Made by a program: the position numbers and the translations under genes
Shown: positions 1 through 9,373 of the stretch, piece by piece
Layout of the letters: the number at the start of each line of letters is the position of its first letter
Position numbering within the stretch: position 1 is the stretch's first letter
The notes under the pieces: model-generated
What the model saw: the letters and a program-made list of their open reading frames with translations, nothing else
Told to the model about the DNA's origin: nothing
Databases searched by the model: none
NCBI GenBank assembly: GCA_964478425.1
Contig: CAYZIB010000003.1
Location: 13,663 to 77,662, forward strand
Source: an uncultured Anaeroplasmatales bacterium
Lineage (GTDB): Bacteria; Bacillota_I; Bacilli_A; Acholeplasmatales; WRBM01
Length of the DNA: 64,000 bases
Direction: 5' to 3'

Positions 1-1
1 A

Positions 2-1543
2 TCAATGCCTTTTGCTCAATGGCATTATCCATTTGAAAATAAAGAAAAATTTGAAAAAACATTCCCTGCTGATTTTATTAGTGAAGGTGTTGACCAAACT
101 AGAGGTTGGTTTTATACATTAATGGCAATTTCAACATTAATTTTTGATGAAGCTCCTTATAAAAATGTTTTAGTATTAGGACATGTTCAAGATGAATTTG
201 GTCAAAAAATGAGTAAAAGTAAAGGAAATGCAGTTGATCCATTTGATGCTTTAAAAACATATGGTGCAGATGCAATTAGATGGTACTTTTATTCAAATAG
301 TGCTCCTTGGCTTCCAAATAAATTTTATGGTGGGGCTGTTACTGAAGGACAAAGAAAAGTTATGGGTACTTTATGGAATACTTATGCATTTTATGTTTTA
401 TATGCTAATATTGATAATTTTGACCCGACTAAATATGAATTTGATTTTAATAAATTATCAATAATGGATAAATGGCTTATTTCTAAATTAAATTCAGCTA
501 TTAAACAAATTGATGAAAATTTAAGTAGTTATCATATTCCAGAAGCAACAAGTGTAGTAGAAAAATTTGTTGATGAATTATCAAATTGGTATGTTCGTAG
601 AAGTAGAGAAAGATTCTGGGCTAGTGGGATGGAACAAGATAAAATTAATGCATACTTAACTTTATATCACACATTAGTTTTATTTAGTAAAGCAATTTGT
701 CCAATGTTACCATTTATTACAGAACAAATCTATAATAATTTAGTTCTTAGTGTAGATCCTAATGCTTTAGAATCAATTCATTTATGTGATTATCCAACAG
801 TTAATGAAAAATATATTAATTTAGATCTTGAAACAAAAATGGAAGAAGTATTAGAAATTGTAGTATTAGGAAGAAATGCTAGAAATGCTGCTAATATTAA
901 AAATAGACAACCAATTAAAACAATGTATGTAAAAGCATTAGAATTAACTGGTGAATTTTTAGAAATTGTTAAAGAAGAATTAAATATTAAAGAAGTAAAA
1001 TTTGTTGAAGATGTTTCTAATTTTACTACTTATAAATTTAAACCTAAATTTGCTTCATTAAAAAATAAATGTGGTAATTTGATTGGAAAAATTCAAAAAG
1101 AATTACAAAATATTGATGGATTAAGTGCAATGAATGAATTAAATACTACAGGTTATTTAAAATTAGATGGTGTTGATTGTTTGCTTACTAAAGATGATTT
1201 TTTAATTGAAACAGAAAAAACTACAGGATATGAAGTTGTAAGTGATAATGATCTTGTAGTTGTATTAGATACTAATTTAACAAGTGAATTACTAGAAGAA
1301 GGTATGGTTAGAGAAATTATATCTAAAGTTCAAACAATGAGAAAAGAAGCTAATTTTGAAGTGATGGATCATATAAGTTTATATGTCATGGATAATGAAA
1401 AAGTTATTAATATTATTAATAAAAATATTAATTTAATTAAACAAGAAGTACTAGCAGATGATATAATATTTAATATGTTATCTGGTTATGAAAAGACATG
1501 GAATTTAAATGGTGAAGAAGTAAAATTTGCTGTAAAAAAATAA
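2..1543 (+). CDS. ileS: Isoleucine--tRNA ligase, C-terminal ~513 aa (5' end outside window)
   Basis: Frame is open to the window edge. WHYPFEN, DQTRGWFYT and KMSKSKGN (class I KMSKS) motifs are present. The long C-terminal extension is typical of type-2 IleRS. Confidence 0.9.
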   Translation, partial: SMPFAQWHYPFENKEKFEKTFPADFISEGVDQTRGWFYTLMAISTLIFDEAPYKNVLVLGHVQDEFGQKMSKSKGNAVDPFDALKTYGADAIRWYFYSNSAPWLPNKFYGGAVTEGQRKVMGTLWNTYAFYVLYANIDNFDPTKYEFDFNKLSIMDKWLISKLNSAIKQIDENLSSYHIPEATSVVEKFVDELSNWYVRRSRERFWASGMEQDKINAYLTLYHTLVLFSKAICPMLPFITEQIYNNLVLSVDPNALESIHLCDYPTVNEKYINLDLETKMEEVLEIVVLGRNARNAANIKNRQPIKTMYVKALELTGEFLEIVKEELNIKEVKFVEDVSNFTTYKFKPKFASLKNKCGNLIGKIQKELQNIDGLSAMNELNTTGYLKLDGVDCLLTKDDFLIETEKTTGYEVVSDNDLVVVLDTNLTSELLEEGMVREIISKVQTMRKEANFEVMDHISLYVMDNEKVINIINKNINLIKQEVLADDIIFNMLSGYEKTWNLNGEEVKFAVKK

Positions 1544-1554
1544 ATTTAAAATAA

Positions 1555-1584
1555 AAATACTTTCGTTTGAAAGTATTTTTTTTA
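1555..1584 (+). terminator. Rho-independent terminator of ileS
   Basis: 10-bp stem AAATACTTTC/GAAAGTATTT with a GTTT loop, followed by a T-run, 12 nt after the ileS stop. Confidence 0.8.
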
Positions 1585-1609
1585 TAAAAAAAATAGGTTA
1601 TTAACCTAT
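1585..1609 (-). terminator. Rho-independent terminator of the tRNA operon
   Basis: On the minus strand, stem ATAGGTT/AACCTAT is followed by T7 (the plus-strand A-run at 1586-1592), just downstream of tRNA-Arg. Confidence 0.6.
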
Positions 1610-1621
1610 TAATATTAGATA

Positions 1622-1698
1622 TGGCGCGCCTGGCAGAGATCGAATCCACAACCTTTTGATCCGTAGTCAAACGCTCTATCCAGTTGAGCTACAGGCGC
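1622..1698 (-). tRNA. tRNA-Arg (anticodon ACG)
   Basis: Hand-folded 77-nt cloverleaf: acceptor GCGCCTG/CAGGCGC, D arm GCTC..GAGC, anticodon stem TTTGA/TCAAA with loop CTACGGA, T loop TTCGATC, encoded CCA. Confidence 0.9.
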
Positions 1699-1702
1699 AT
1701 AA

Positions 1703-1779
1703 TGGCGGTCTGGACGAGACTTGAACTCGCGATCTCCAGTGTGACAGACTGACATGTTAACCAACTACACCACCAGACC
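1703..1779 (-). tRNA. tRNA-Asp (anticodon GTC)
   Basis: Hand-folded 77-nt cloverleaf: acceptor GGTCTGG/CCAGACC, anticodon loop CTGTCAC, T arm GCGAG-TTCAAGT-CTCGT, encoded CCA. Confidence 0.9.
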
Positions 1780-1791
1780 AATGCATGTAAT

Positions 1792-1819
1792 ATTATACCA
1801 TGTTTTTTTTATTTTGCAA
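1792..1819 (-). promoter_or_regulatory. Sigma-A type promoter of the tRNA-Asp/Arg operon
   Basis: Minus strand reads TTGCAA, a 16-nt spacer, then TGgTATAAT (extended -10). It ends 12 nt upstream of the tRNA-Asp 5' end. Confidence 0.7.
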
Positions 1820-1871
1820 TATTTATTTGTATTAAAAGATTAATTAGTATATAATTAAATTGGTGATTTAA

Positions 1872-3284
1872 ATGAAAAAGTTTTTAATTATAATTTTATG
1901 TTTATTTTTTGTAGGATGTAAAAATAATCCGAGTGATAAAAATGATGATAAAAATGATGAAAATGATATAATAGATAATAAAGTAGAAACAGTTCCTATA
2001 ATAAAAATAAATACAGATGAGGCTATAACATCCAAATATAATTATGTAAATGGAAAATTTAATTTAGAAGATGATATTATAGAAGAATATAATTTATCTG
2101 ATATAGATTTAAAAATTAGAAGAAGAGGAAATAGTTCTAATGGAATGCCCAAAAAATCTTATAGATTAAAATTTAATAAAAAAATAGATTTATTTGGATT
2201 TGGAGAAGCAAAAAATTGGGTATTGATTGCTAATTATATGGATAGATCATTAATGAGAAATTATTATGCATATACTATGTCTAGTATGATGGAAAATTTA
2301 GAATTTACTCCAAGATTAAAATATGTAGAAGTCTATATTAATGATGAATATATGGGATTATATACTTTATGTGATCAAATTCAAGCTCATGAAATAAGGG
2401 TAGATATTAAAGCTGATTTAGAAAGTTTAGGAGATGAAATACCATTTTTTGTTGAATTTGATTATTATACATTTCAATATAAACATAGTTTAGCAGATCC
2501 ATATTATTACTATGATCATTTTCCAGATGAAGATTTAGATAATTTACCTGATGCACCTTTAGAAAATGTTGATTATTTTGTAATTGGTAATAAAGAAAAC
2601 TATAATTCTAATGTTGGTAAAACTGATTATGGTTATCCTTTTTCTATGAAATATCCAGAAACATTGACTGAAGTTACAGAAAATCAAGCAAATTATATTA
2701 AAAATTATATAAATGAAACTAATTCTGCAATTTTAAATAATAAAGATATTGATAAATATATTGATATTAAATCATTTGCTGAATATTTTGCTATTCAAGA
2801 ATTATTTAAAAATCCAGATATTGGAGTTTCTTCTATTTATTATTATAAGAGAAATGGTGAGTTATTAAAAGCAGGTCCAATTTGGGATTTTGATTTATCG
2901 GTTGGTAATGCAAAGTATATTCAATATGGATATAATGGATTTTTAGCTGATTCAAATAGGGTTAATGATTGGTATGTACATTTAAGATTAAATAAAGAAT
3001 TTAAAAAAGAATTTGTTAATTGCTTGAATAATATTAAAGATAATTTATTACCAAAATTAATCAAAGAAGCTGAAAAACAAAAAGAAGTTATAAAAGAAGC
3101 ATATTATAGAAATTTTAGTAAATGGCAATTATTAGGAATATATGATGGCACAAGGGATTGGGCTGCACCTGAAGAGTTAATAAAATTAACAACAATAGAT
3201 GAACATGTTGATTATATTAATAATTATTTAACTAAAAGATGTAAATCATTATTAAAAAGTTTAGAGTTTGGGTATAAACAATGA
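1872..3284 (+). CDS. CotH kinase-family lipoprotein
   Basis: Signal peptide with lipobox (LFFVGC). CotH-like blocks are present: KKSYRLKF, NWVLIANYMDRSLMRNY, GPIWDFDLSVGN. Confidence 0.65.
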   Translation: MKKFLIIILCLFFVGCKNNPSDKNDDKNDENDIIDNKVETVPIIKINTDEAITSKYNYVNGKFNLEDDIIEEYNLSDIDLKIRRRGNSSNGMPKKSYRLKFNKKIDLFGFGEAKNWVLIANYMDRSLMRNYYAYTMSSMMENLEFTPRLKYVEVYINDEYMGLYTLCDQIQAHEIRVDIKADLESLGDEIPFFVEFDYYTFQYKHSLADPYYYYDHFPDEDLDNLPDAPLENVDYFVIGNKENYNSNVGKTDYGYPFSMKYPETLTEVTENQANYIKNYINETNSAILNNKDIDKYIDIKSFAEYFAIQELFKNPDIGVSSIYYYKRNGELLKAGPIWDFDLSVGNAKYIQYGYNGFLADSNRVNDWYVHLRLNKEFKKEFVNCLNNIKDNLLPKLIKEAEKQKEVIKEAYYRNFSKWQLLGIYDGTRDWAAPEELIKLTTIDEHVDYINNYLTKRCKSLLKSLEFGYKQ

Positions 3285-4831
3285 AAAAAATAATATTAGA
3301 GTTAAAAATTAATGTCGAAGATAACTTAAATAATAAATTAATAGAGTTATTAGGTAAAAATAATTTAATAAAATATGAAATTTTAAAAAAATCTATTGAT
3401 GCAAGAAAAAAAAATAATATCTTATTTTTATATAAAATAAGAGCATATGTTAATAATCCATTAAATTATAATATAGAAGAATTAAAAGAAGAAACTAAAT
3501 TAAAAGTTTTAAAAAATAAAAATGAATTACCAATTATAATAGTTGGATTAGGACCATCCGGATTGTTTAGTGCTTTAGAACTTGCTAAATCTAATGCTAA
3601 TGTAATTGTAATTGAAAGAGGTAAAGGTGTATTAGAAAGAGTAAAAGATGTAAACTTATTTAATAAAACAGGAGTTATAAACAATAATTCTAATATATCT
3701 TATGGAGCTGGTGGTGCTGGAACTTTTTCAGATGGTAAGTTAAATTCAGGAATTAAAAATAAAGATATTAATTATGTTTTAAAAACATTTCATGAATTTG
3801 GGGCAAAAGAAGATATTTTATATGATAGTATGCCTCATATTGGAAGCGATTATTTAATAAATGTTGTATTAAATATGACTAATTATTTAGAACAATTAGG
3901 AGTTAAAATATTATATCAACATGAATTAATTGATTTATTATTTGAAAATAATATTGTTGTTGGGTGTAAAGTGAAATTTGATGATCAAATTATAAATTTA
4001 CCATGTTCAAATATTATACTTGCTAGTGGACATGCATGTTTTGATACATTTTTAATGTATGAAAAATATTTTAATATGGTACCAAAAGCATTTTCTATGG
4101 GATTAAGAATTGAACATCCTCAAAAATTAATAAATCAAATTCAGTATGGTGATAAATATGCAAATGTATTAGGTAGTGCTAATTATAAACTAAATACTAA
4201 AGTATTAGATAGAGGTGTATATACTTTTTGTATGTGCCCTGGTGGAGAAGTAGTTATTAGTAGTATCGATAATAATTCAATATGTGTTAATGGAATGAGT
4301 TATCAAAAAAGAAATTTAGAAAATGCTAATAGCGCAATTTTAGTAGATGTTAAAGTAAGTGATTATTATAAAAACAATGTATTAGATGGATTTAGATTTA
4401 GAAATTATTATGAAAAAAAAACATTTGAATTAACGAATAAAATGTATGCTCCAGTCCAATTATTAAAAGATTTTTTAAATAATAAAGCAACAACCAAAAT
4501 TAAAAGTGTTAATCCAAGTGTAAAACCTGGATATGTATTAAGTGATTTAAATTTATGCTTACCAAATTTTGTTTCTGAAGCAATAAAAAAAGGAATATAT
4601 GATTTTGATAAAAAAATGAAAGGATTTTTATTTGATGATGCTGTATTAACAGGAATAGAAGCAAGATCATCTTCCCCTGTAAGAATATTAAGAGATGAGA
4701 ATTTTTGTTCTAATATTAAAAATGTTTTTCCGTGTGGAGAAGGTTGTGGATATGCAGGTGGAATTACTTCTGCAGCATGTGATGGAATAAAAGTAGCAAG
4801 AAAAATTATAGATATATTAAATGAAGAGTAA
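3281..4831 (+). CDS. FAD-dependent protein (COG2509-type NAD(P)/FAD oxidoreductase)
   Basis: Rossmann motif IIIVGLGPSGLFSA. Family blocks CMCPGGEVV, GIEARSSSPVRI and PCGEGCGYAGGITSAA are present. The start overlaps the upstream stop (ATGA). Confidence 0.7.
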   Translation: MKKIILELKINVEDNLNNKLIELLGKNNLIKYEILKKSIDARKKNNILFLYKIRAYVNNPLNYNIEELKEETKLKVLKNKNELPIIIVGLGPSGLFSALELAKSNANVIVIERGKGVLERVKDVNLFNKTGVINNNSNISYGAGGAGTFSDGKLNSGIKNKDINYVLKTFHEFGAKEDILYDSMPHIGSDYLINVVLNMTNYLEQLGVKILYQHELIDLLFENNIVVGCKVKFDDQIINLPCSNIILASGHACFDTFLMYEKYFNMVPKAFSMGLRIEHPQKLINQIQYGDKYANVLGSANYKLNTKVLDRGVYTFCMCPGGEVVISSIDNNSICVNGMSYQKRNLENANSAILVDVKVSDYYKNNVLDGFRFRNYYEKKTFELTNKMYAPVQLLKDFLNNKATTKIKSVNPSVKPGYVLSDLNLCLPNFVSEAIKKGIYDFDKKMKGFLFDDAVLTGIEARSSSPVRILRDENFCSNIKNVFPCGEGCGYAGGITSAACDGIKVARKIIDILNEE

Positions 4832-4834
4832 TAA

Positions 4835-4860
4835 AAAAATAGCTTTTTTAAGCTATTTTT
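4835..4860. terminator. Bidirectional terminator between convergent genes
   Basis: Perfect 10-bp stem AAAAATAGCT/AGCTATTTTT, with an A-run and a T-run on either side. Confidence 0.8.
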
Positions 4861-4863
4861 TGC

Positions 4864-5511
4864 TTATAATGAGTTATTTATATTAAAATTAATTTTCTTT
4901 TTATAAATATTAATTAAACTATCACCAATTAATATAGCAATCAAAGATATACATGTTCCTTTTAATAAATTAAATGGAAAATATATAAAACATATTGCAA
5001 GAAAATAATTATTTATACCTGTCATACTTTTTAGTGCATTTAATGTATTTTCATTTAAACCAATACCGAAAAAAGAAAATTCACCTAAAAATAATGGAGT
5101 TAAAATTGTGTAATTAGCTAAAGTCATAATTGTAGATACTAAAATTACAACTAAACTATATTTTAATATTTTTGATTTTATTGAATTTCCTTTAATGATT
5201 TTGTTTAAAAACCACAAACAAAATACATATGATAAAGATGCGATTAAAGCTGTAACATGTGCGACAAAAGGAATTGCGCCACCTGTTTGTGGACCCCTAA
5301 TAAGTAAATCGCAAAGTGTTTTTAATAAGGCAACTATAAATGCTTCTTTAAATCCAAATAATAAAAATGCAAATATAACTACAAAATCACTAAATTCGAT
5401 TTTTAAAAATGGAGCAATCGGATATGGAATTTGAATATAACTCATTAAAATTACTCCAATTGCAGATAATAATGCTAAAATTGTAAGTTTTAAAATACTC
5501 TTTTTCTTCAT
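4864..5511 (-). CDS. ribU: ECF transporter S component, riboflavin-specific
   Basis: 215-aa protein with about six TM helices and ECF S-component features. It lies directly downstream of an FMN riboswitch. An ecfA1A2T module sits at 18-20.6 kb. Confidence 0.8.
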   Translation of the reverse strand: MKKKSILKLTILALLSAIGVILMSYIQIPYPIAPFLKIEFSDFVVIFAFLLFGFKEAFIVALLKTLCDLLIRGPQTGGAIPFVAHVTALIASLSYVFCLWFLNKIIKGNSIKSKILKYSLVVILVSTIMTLANYTILTPLFLGEFSFFGIGLNENTLNALKSMTGINNYFLAICFIYFPFNLLKGTCISLIAILIGDSLINIYKKKINFNINNSL

Positions 5512-5531
5512 ATTTCCTCTTCTTTCTATAA

Positions 5532-5680
5532 TAAAAAAAACCCTTAAAAGGGCAATGAAAAAAGATAAAATTTTCTTCTTCCATCTAGACTTTAACTATC
5601 GGTTCTAGAATTTAACTAGATCAGCTTGCGCTCGCGGACTTTACCGCCGGTCTGGAATTACACCATGCCCTGAAGTTGTT
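5532..5680 (-). promoter_or_regulatory. FMN riboswitch (RFN element) with short terminator-like expression platform
   Basis: Minus strand reads CTTCAGGGCATGGTGTAATTCCAGACCGGCGGTAAAGTCCGCGAGCGCAAGCTGATCTAGTTAAATTCTAGAACCGATAGTTAAAGTCTAGATGGAAGAAG, which matches the conserved RFN core (aptamer about 5574-5678). A GCCC..GGGT hairpin plus T8 lies at about 5535-5553. Confidence 0.9.
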
Positions 5681-5683
5681 ATT

Positions 5684-5711
5684 ATTATAGCATATATAAA
5701 TTTATTTGCAA
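5684..5711 (-). promoter_or_regulatory. Promoter of riboswitch-ribU
   Basis: Minus strand reads TTGCAA, a 16-nt spacer, then TGcTATAAT, immediately upstream of the riboswitch. Confidence 0.7.
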
Positions 5712-5790
5712 CACTTAGATATTTTGTTATATAGAAAACGTTTTTATTATATAAAATATAAATTTTATATACTAAATACAACAAATTAAG

Positions 5791-5819
5791 TTGTTTATTT
5801 TAAAAAAATATGTTAAAAT
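5791..5819 (+). promoter_or_regulatory. Candidate promoter of the lipoprotein-apbE-rnf operon
   Basis: TTGTTT, a 17-nt spacer, then TGtTAAAAT (extended -10), about 55 nt upstream of the RBS AAAGGAAA. Confidence 0.4.
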
Positions 5820-5875
5820 TAATTGTTCGAATTGAATAAAAACATTATTCATGTAAAAAAAGAAAGGAAAACAAA

Positions 5876-6931
5876 ATGAAAAAATTATTATTAACATTAT
5901 TCGTTGCTTTTTCATTAACTGCATTAGTTGGTTGTGGAAGTAAAGCAAAAGAATACAAATTAGGTATGGGTGTTGTAGTAACTGATTCTGAATCAAAAGA
6001 TATAACAGCTCAAATTGATGCAACAGTTGCAACAGTTGTTTTAGATAGCAATAATAAAATCGTTGCATGTCGTTTAGATGTTGCTCAAAATAAAATTACA
6101 GTTAGTTCTTTAGGAAAAATTACTGTTCCTACTTCATTTAAATCAAAAGTTGAATTAGGTGATGATTATGGTATGTCTAATGCTGCAGGTTGGGGTATGG
6201 ACTGGAATGGTGATGGTGTTTCTTTAGAATGGTATAAACAAGCACAAGCTTTTGAAAACTATGTTGTTGGTAAAACAGCTGAAGAAGTAAAAAATATGCC
6301 TACACAAGTAGTTGAAGGTCATGGATATATTATTTCTAGTGAAGCTGATTTATTAGCTGCTGGATGTACTATCCAAATTACTGATTTTAAAGAAGCTGTT
6401 TATAAAGCATGTACTGATGAACAAGGTGTTTCATTTAAAACTTCTAAAAAATTTACATTAGGTGTTGGTGTTACATCATTTGATGATGGTTCAACAAGTG
6501 CAACAGCTGATGCAAATGGAACAATTAAAGTTTATTCTGATTTTGGTGCTACAGTTTTAGTTGATGGTAAAATCGCTGCTGCTTTAAATGATGCAATTCA
6601 ACCTCAATTTACTGTTACAGCAGATGGTACTTATACTTTTGCGTTTACAGCAACAAAAAGAGAATTAAAAGAAAATTATGGTATGGAAGCATATGGTCAA
6701 AATTTAGATGGTAATGGTGATGGTATTGTTAAAGAATGGTACGTACAATCATTAGCATTCTCTAAACATGTTGTTGGTATGACTGGTGAACAAGTTAAAA
6801 ACATGGAAACTAAAGCTAATGCAATTAATTACCAAATGTCAACTGATAAAGATTTATTAGCTGCAGGATGTACTATTCAAATTACTGATATTAAAGCTGT
6901 TGTTGCTAAAGCTTGCACTAACGCTCGTTAA
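5876..6931 (+). CDS. Lipoprotein with two tandem FMN_bind-like repeats (putative extracytoplasmic flavoprotein)
   Basis: Lipobox LVGC. There are two ~155-aa repeats, each ending in an identical DLLAAGCTIQITD block. The layout resembles FMN_bind (beta-strand core, then W-Y-x-Q-x-x-A-F-x-x-(Y/H)-V-V-G, then the motif). It is the first gene of the apbE-rnf operon. Confidence 0.55.
   Translation: MKKLLLTLFVAFSLTALVGCGSKAKEYKLGMGVVVTDSESKDITAQIDATVATVVLDSNNKIVACRLDVAQNKITVSSLGKITVPTSFKSKVELGDDYGMSNAAGWGMDWNGDGVSLEWYKQAQAFENYVVGKTAEEVKNMPTQVVEGHGYIISSEADLLAAGCTIQITDFKEAVYKACTDEQGVSFKTSKKFTLGVGVTSFDDGSTSATADANGTIKVYSDFGATVLVDGKIAAALNDAIQPQFTVTADGTYTFAFTATKRELKENYGMEAYGQNLDGNGDGIVKEWYVQSLAFSKHVVGMTGEQVKNMETKANAINYQMSTDKDLLAAGCTIQITDIKAVVAKACTNAR
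5954..6928 (+). repeat. Intragenic tandem duplication (repeat 1 at 5954-6418, repeat 2 at 6452-6928)
   Basis: Protein repeats aa 27-181 and aa 193-351 align along their length. The C-terminal block is near-identical even at nucleotide level (gatttattagctgc[t/a]ggatgtactat[c/t]caaattactgat). Confidence 0.8.
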
Positions 6932-6945
6932 TATTAAATTTGTAA

Positions 6946-8004
6946 ATGAGAAATACTACTAAAGTAAAAAAGTATTTCTGTTTGTTAATATTTATATGGC
7001 AACTTGTACTTTTTACAGGTTGCCATATTTCTAATAATAAAGAAAAAAATATTTGGCAAATACAATCATTTAATTGCTTTGATACTGTTTCAACAATCTA
7101 TAGTTATAGCTATGAAACAAAAGAAAGTTTTAATGAAAATGCAACAAGTGCTCTTGAATTATTATCTGAATACCATAAATTATTCGATATATATTATGAA
7201 TATCAAGGAATAAATAATTTAAAGACAATTAATGATAATCCAACTAAAGAAATAAAAGTAGATAAAAAATTAATTGATTTTCTTCTTTATACTAAAGAAA
7301 TATATGAATTAACAAATGGAAAAACAAATGTAATGTTAGGGCCTGTTTTAAAGTTATGGCATGATGCAAGAGAAAATGCAAGTTATAATCCAAATAATAA
7401 GTATATTCCATCTATTACTGAATTAGAAACTGCTAATTTATATACTGATATTAATTATTTAATAATTGATGAACAAAATAATACTATTAAACTAGATAAT
7501 CCTAATGCAAGAATTGATGTGGGAGCATTAGGAAAAGGATATGCAACAGAAATGGTTGCTAAAATGTTAATAGAAAAAGGAATAACAAGTTATGTTTTAG
7601 ATATTGGTGGAAATATTCGAATTATTGGTAGTAAACAAGATGGAACAGGATGGAATACTGGTATTAGAAGTCCTTTTGATAAGAGTAAATATGCTTTATA
7701 TTTAAATATAAAAGATATATCTTGTGTTACATCTGGAGATTATGAAAGATATTTTATTTATGAAAATAATAAATATCATCATATAATAGATCCTGTTACT
7801 TTAATGCCAGCAGATTATTTTTCATCGGTCACAATTTTATCAGAAAATAGTGGACTTGCTGATGCGTTATCAACTGCATTATTTTCTATGAATTATGAAG
7901 AAGGAAGATTACTAGTTGATAGTTTAGATAATGTTGAAGCTGTATGGATTTATAAAAATGGAAATATTATATATACTGATGGAGTAAATCCTATTAATTT
8001 ATAA
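6946..8004 (+). CDS. apbE: FAD:protein FMN transferase (ApbE family) lipoprotein
   Basis: Lipobox LFTGC. ApbE blocks GALGKGYA, DIGGNI, TSGDYERYF, HHIIDPVT and ADALSTALF are present. Confidence 0.9.
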   Translation: MRNTTKVKKYFCLLIFIWQLVLFTGCHISNNKEKNIWQIQSFNCFDTVSTIYSYSYETKESFNENATSALELLSEYHKLFDIYYEYQGINNLKTINDNPTKEIKVDKKLIDFLLYTKEIYELTNGKTNVMLGPVLKLWHDARENASYNPNNKYIPSITELETANLYTDINYLIIDEQNNTIKLDNPNARIDVGALGKGYATEMVAKMLIEKGITSYVLDIGGNIRIIGSKQDGTGWNTGIRSPFDKSKYALYLNIKDISCVTSGDYERYFIYENNKYHHIIDPVTLMPADYFSSVTILSENSGLADALSTALFSMNYEEGRLLVDSLDNVEAVWIYKNGNIIYTDGVNPINL

Positions 8005-8020
8005 AAGTGGAGGAAGTAAA

Positions 8021-9373
8021 ATGTTTAAAAAGAAAAATATTTCATCTTTACATTTACCACATAATAAAAATACAGCCGCATGTGTCCCTACAAGAATTAA
8101 AGATCCAAAAGAAGTAATATTACCTATGGATATGCATTCAGGACATGTAGCTGAACCTGTAGTAAATGTTGGTGATTATGTAAAAATTGGTCAATTAATA
8201 GCAAGAGAAGAAGGAAGATTTTCTTCTCCAGTACATGCTACTATATCAGGTACTGTAACAAAAATTGAACCGTTAAAAAGAGCTAATGGTAAAGAAGTAT
8301 TAGCTATTTATATTGAAAATGATTTTAAAAATGTAAAAGATGATTTAAAAGCCCCTGTTATTAATAACTGCGACGAGTTTTTAGAAGCTATTAGACAAAG
8401 TGGATGTGTTGGATTAGGTGGAGCAGCATTCCCTACATGGGCTAAATTAAATGAAATGCGTAATGGAGAATATACAGTTGATACAGTTTTAGTTAATGCA
8501 GCTGAATGTGAACCATATATAACAAGTGACCATAGAATGATGGTTGATAATCCAAACTTAATAGTTGATGGTGTTGAATATTTAAGAAAATATATGCATG
8601 AATATTTAAGTAATGCTAAATTTAAAATTTGTATTGAAAAAAATAAACCTGATGCTATTGAAACATTAAAAAAAGCTTTTAGTGGAAAAGATTATGTAGA
8701 AATAGTTGAATTAAAAGCAATTTATCCACAAGGAGCAAAACAAGTAATGCTTTATAATGCAACAGGAAGAGTAAGTATTGCTGGGAAAAGATTTCCTTAT
8801 TTCCATGCAATAATTATAAATGTAAGCTCACTTGCTAAAGTTGCAGAATATTTAAATACAGGTATGCCTCTTACAGAAAGAATCGTTACTGTAGATGGAC
8901 CGGCAGTAGCTAATCCAAAAAATTTAATTGCACCTATTGGTACACCTATAAATAATTTATTAGAAGAAACAGGATTAAAAAATGAAGCTGCTAAAGTTGT
9001 AGTAGGTGGTCCAATGAATGGTAATGCAGTTTTAAATACAACAGATCCAATTGTTAAAGTTTCAAATGCAATATTAGTATTTGATGAAAAAACTGCAGTT
9101 TTACCAGATCCAACTGTATGTATTCATTGTGGAAGATGTATTGATAAATGTCCAATTAATATAAATGTTCCAAAAGTTGAACTTGCAATGCGAGTTAAAG
9201 ATGATGAATTAAAAGAAAAATTATTAATTGAAACAGGAGTAAGACAATGCGTTGATTGTGGATGTTGTTCTTATGTATGTCCTGCTAATCGTCATTTATT
9301 ATCAACAAATCAAGATGCTAAATGGTGGTTAAAACAATATGATAAAGCTAAAAAAGAAGGAGGAAATAGATAA
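8021..9373 (+). CDS. rnfC: Rnf complex subunit C
   Basis: GLGGAAFPT nucleotide-binding block, and two ferredoxin motifs CIHCGRCIDKCP and CVDCGCCSYVCP. Confidence 0.9.
   Translation: MFKKKNISSLHLPHNKNTAACVPTRIKDPKEVILPMDMHSGHVAEPVVNVGDYVKIGQLIAREEGRFSSPVHATISGTVTKIEPLKRANGKEVLAIYIENDFKNVKDDLKAPVINNCDEFLEAIRQSGCVGLGGAAFPTWAKLNEMRNGEYTVDTVLVNAAECEPYITSDHRMMVDNPNLIVDGVEYLRKYMHEYLSNAKFKICIEKNKPDAIETLKKAFSGKDYVEIVELKAIYPQGAKQVMLYNATGRVSIAGKRFPYFHAIIINVSSLAKVAEYLNTGMPLTERIVTVDGPAVANPKNLIAPIGTPINNLLEETGLKNEAAKVVVGGPMNGNAVLNTTDPIVKVSNAILVFDEKTAVLPDPTVCIHCGRCIDKCPININVPKVELAMRVKDDELKEKLLIETGVRQCVDCGCCSYVCPANRHLLSTNQDAKWWLKQYDKAKKEGGNR

Noticed and set aside
3281-3284. Possibility that TGA encodes Trp (Mollicutes code 4), given the very low GC.
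   Set aside because: Conserved genes end at TGA at their expected C-termini: the CotH-like gene at 3282-3284, infB at 38425-27 and sufU at 52062-64. Trp positions I inspected are TGG. All long ORFs are intact under code 11.
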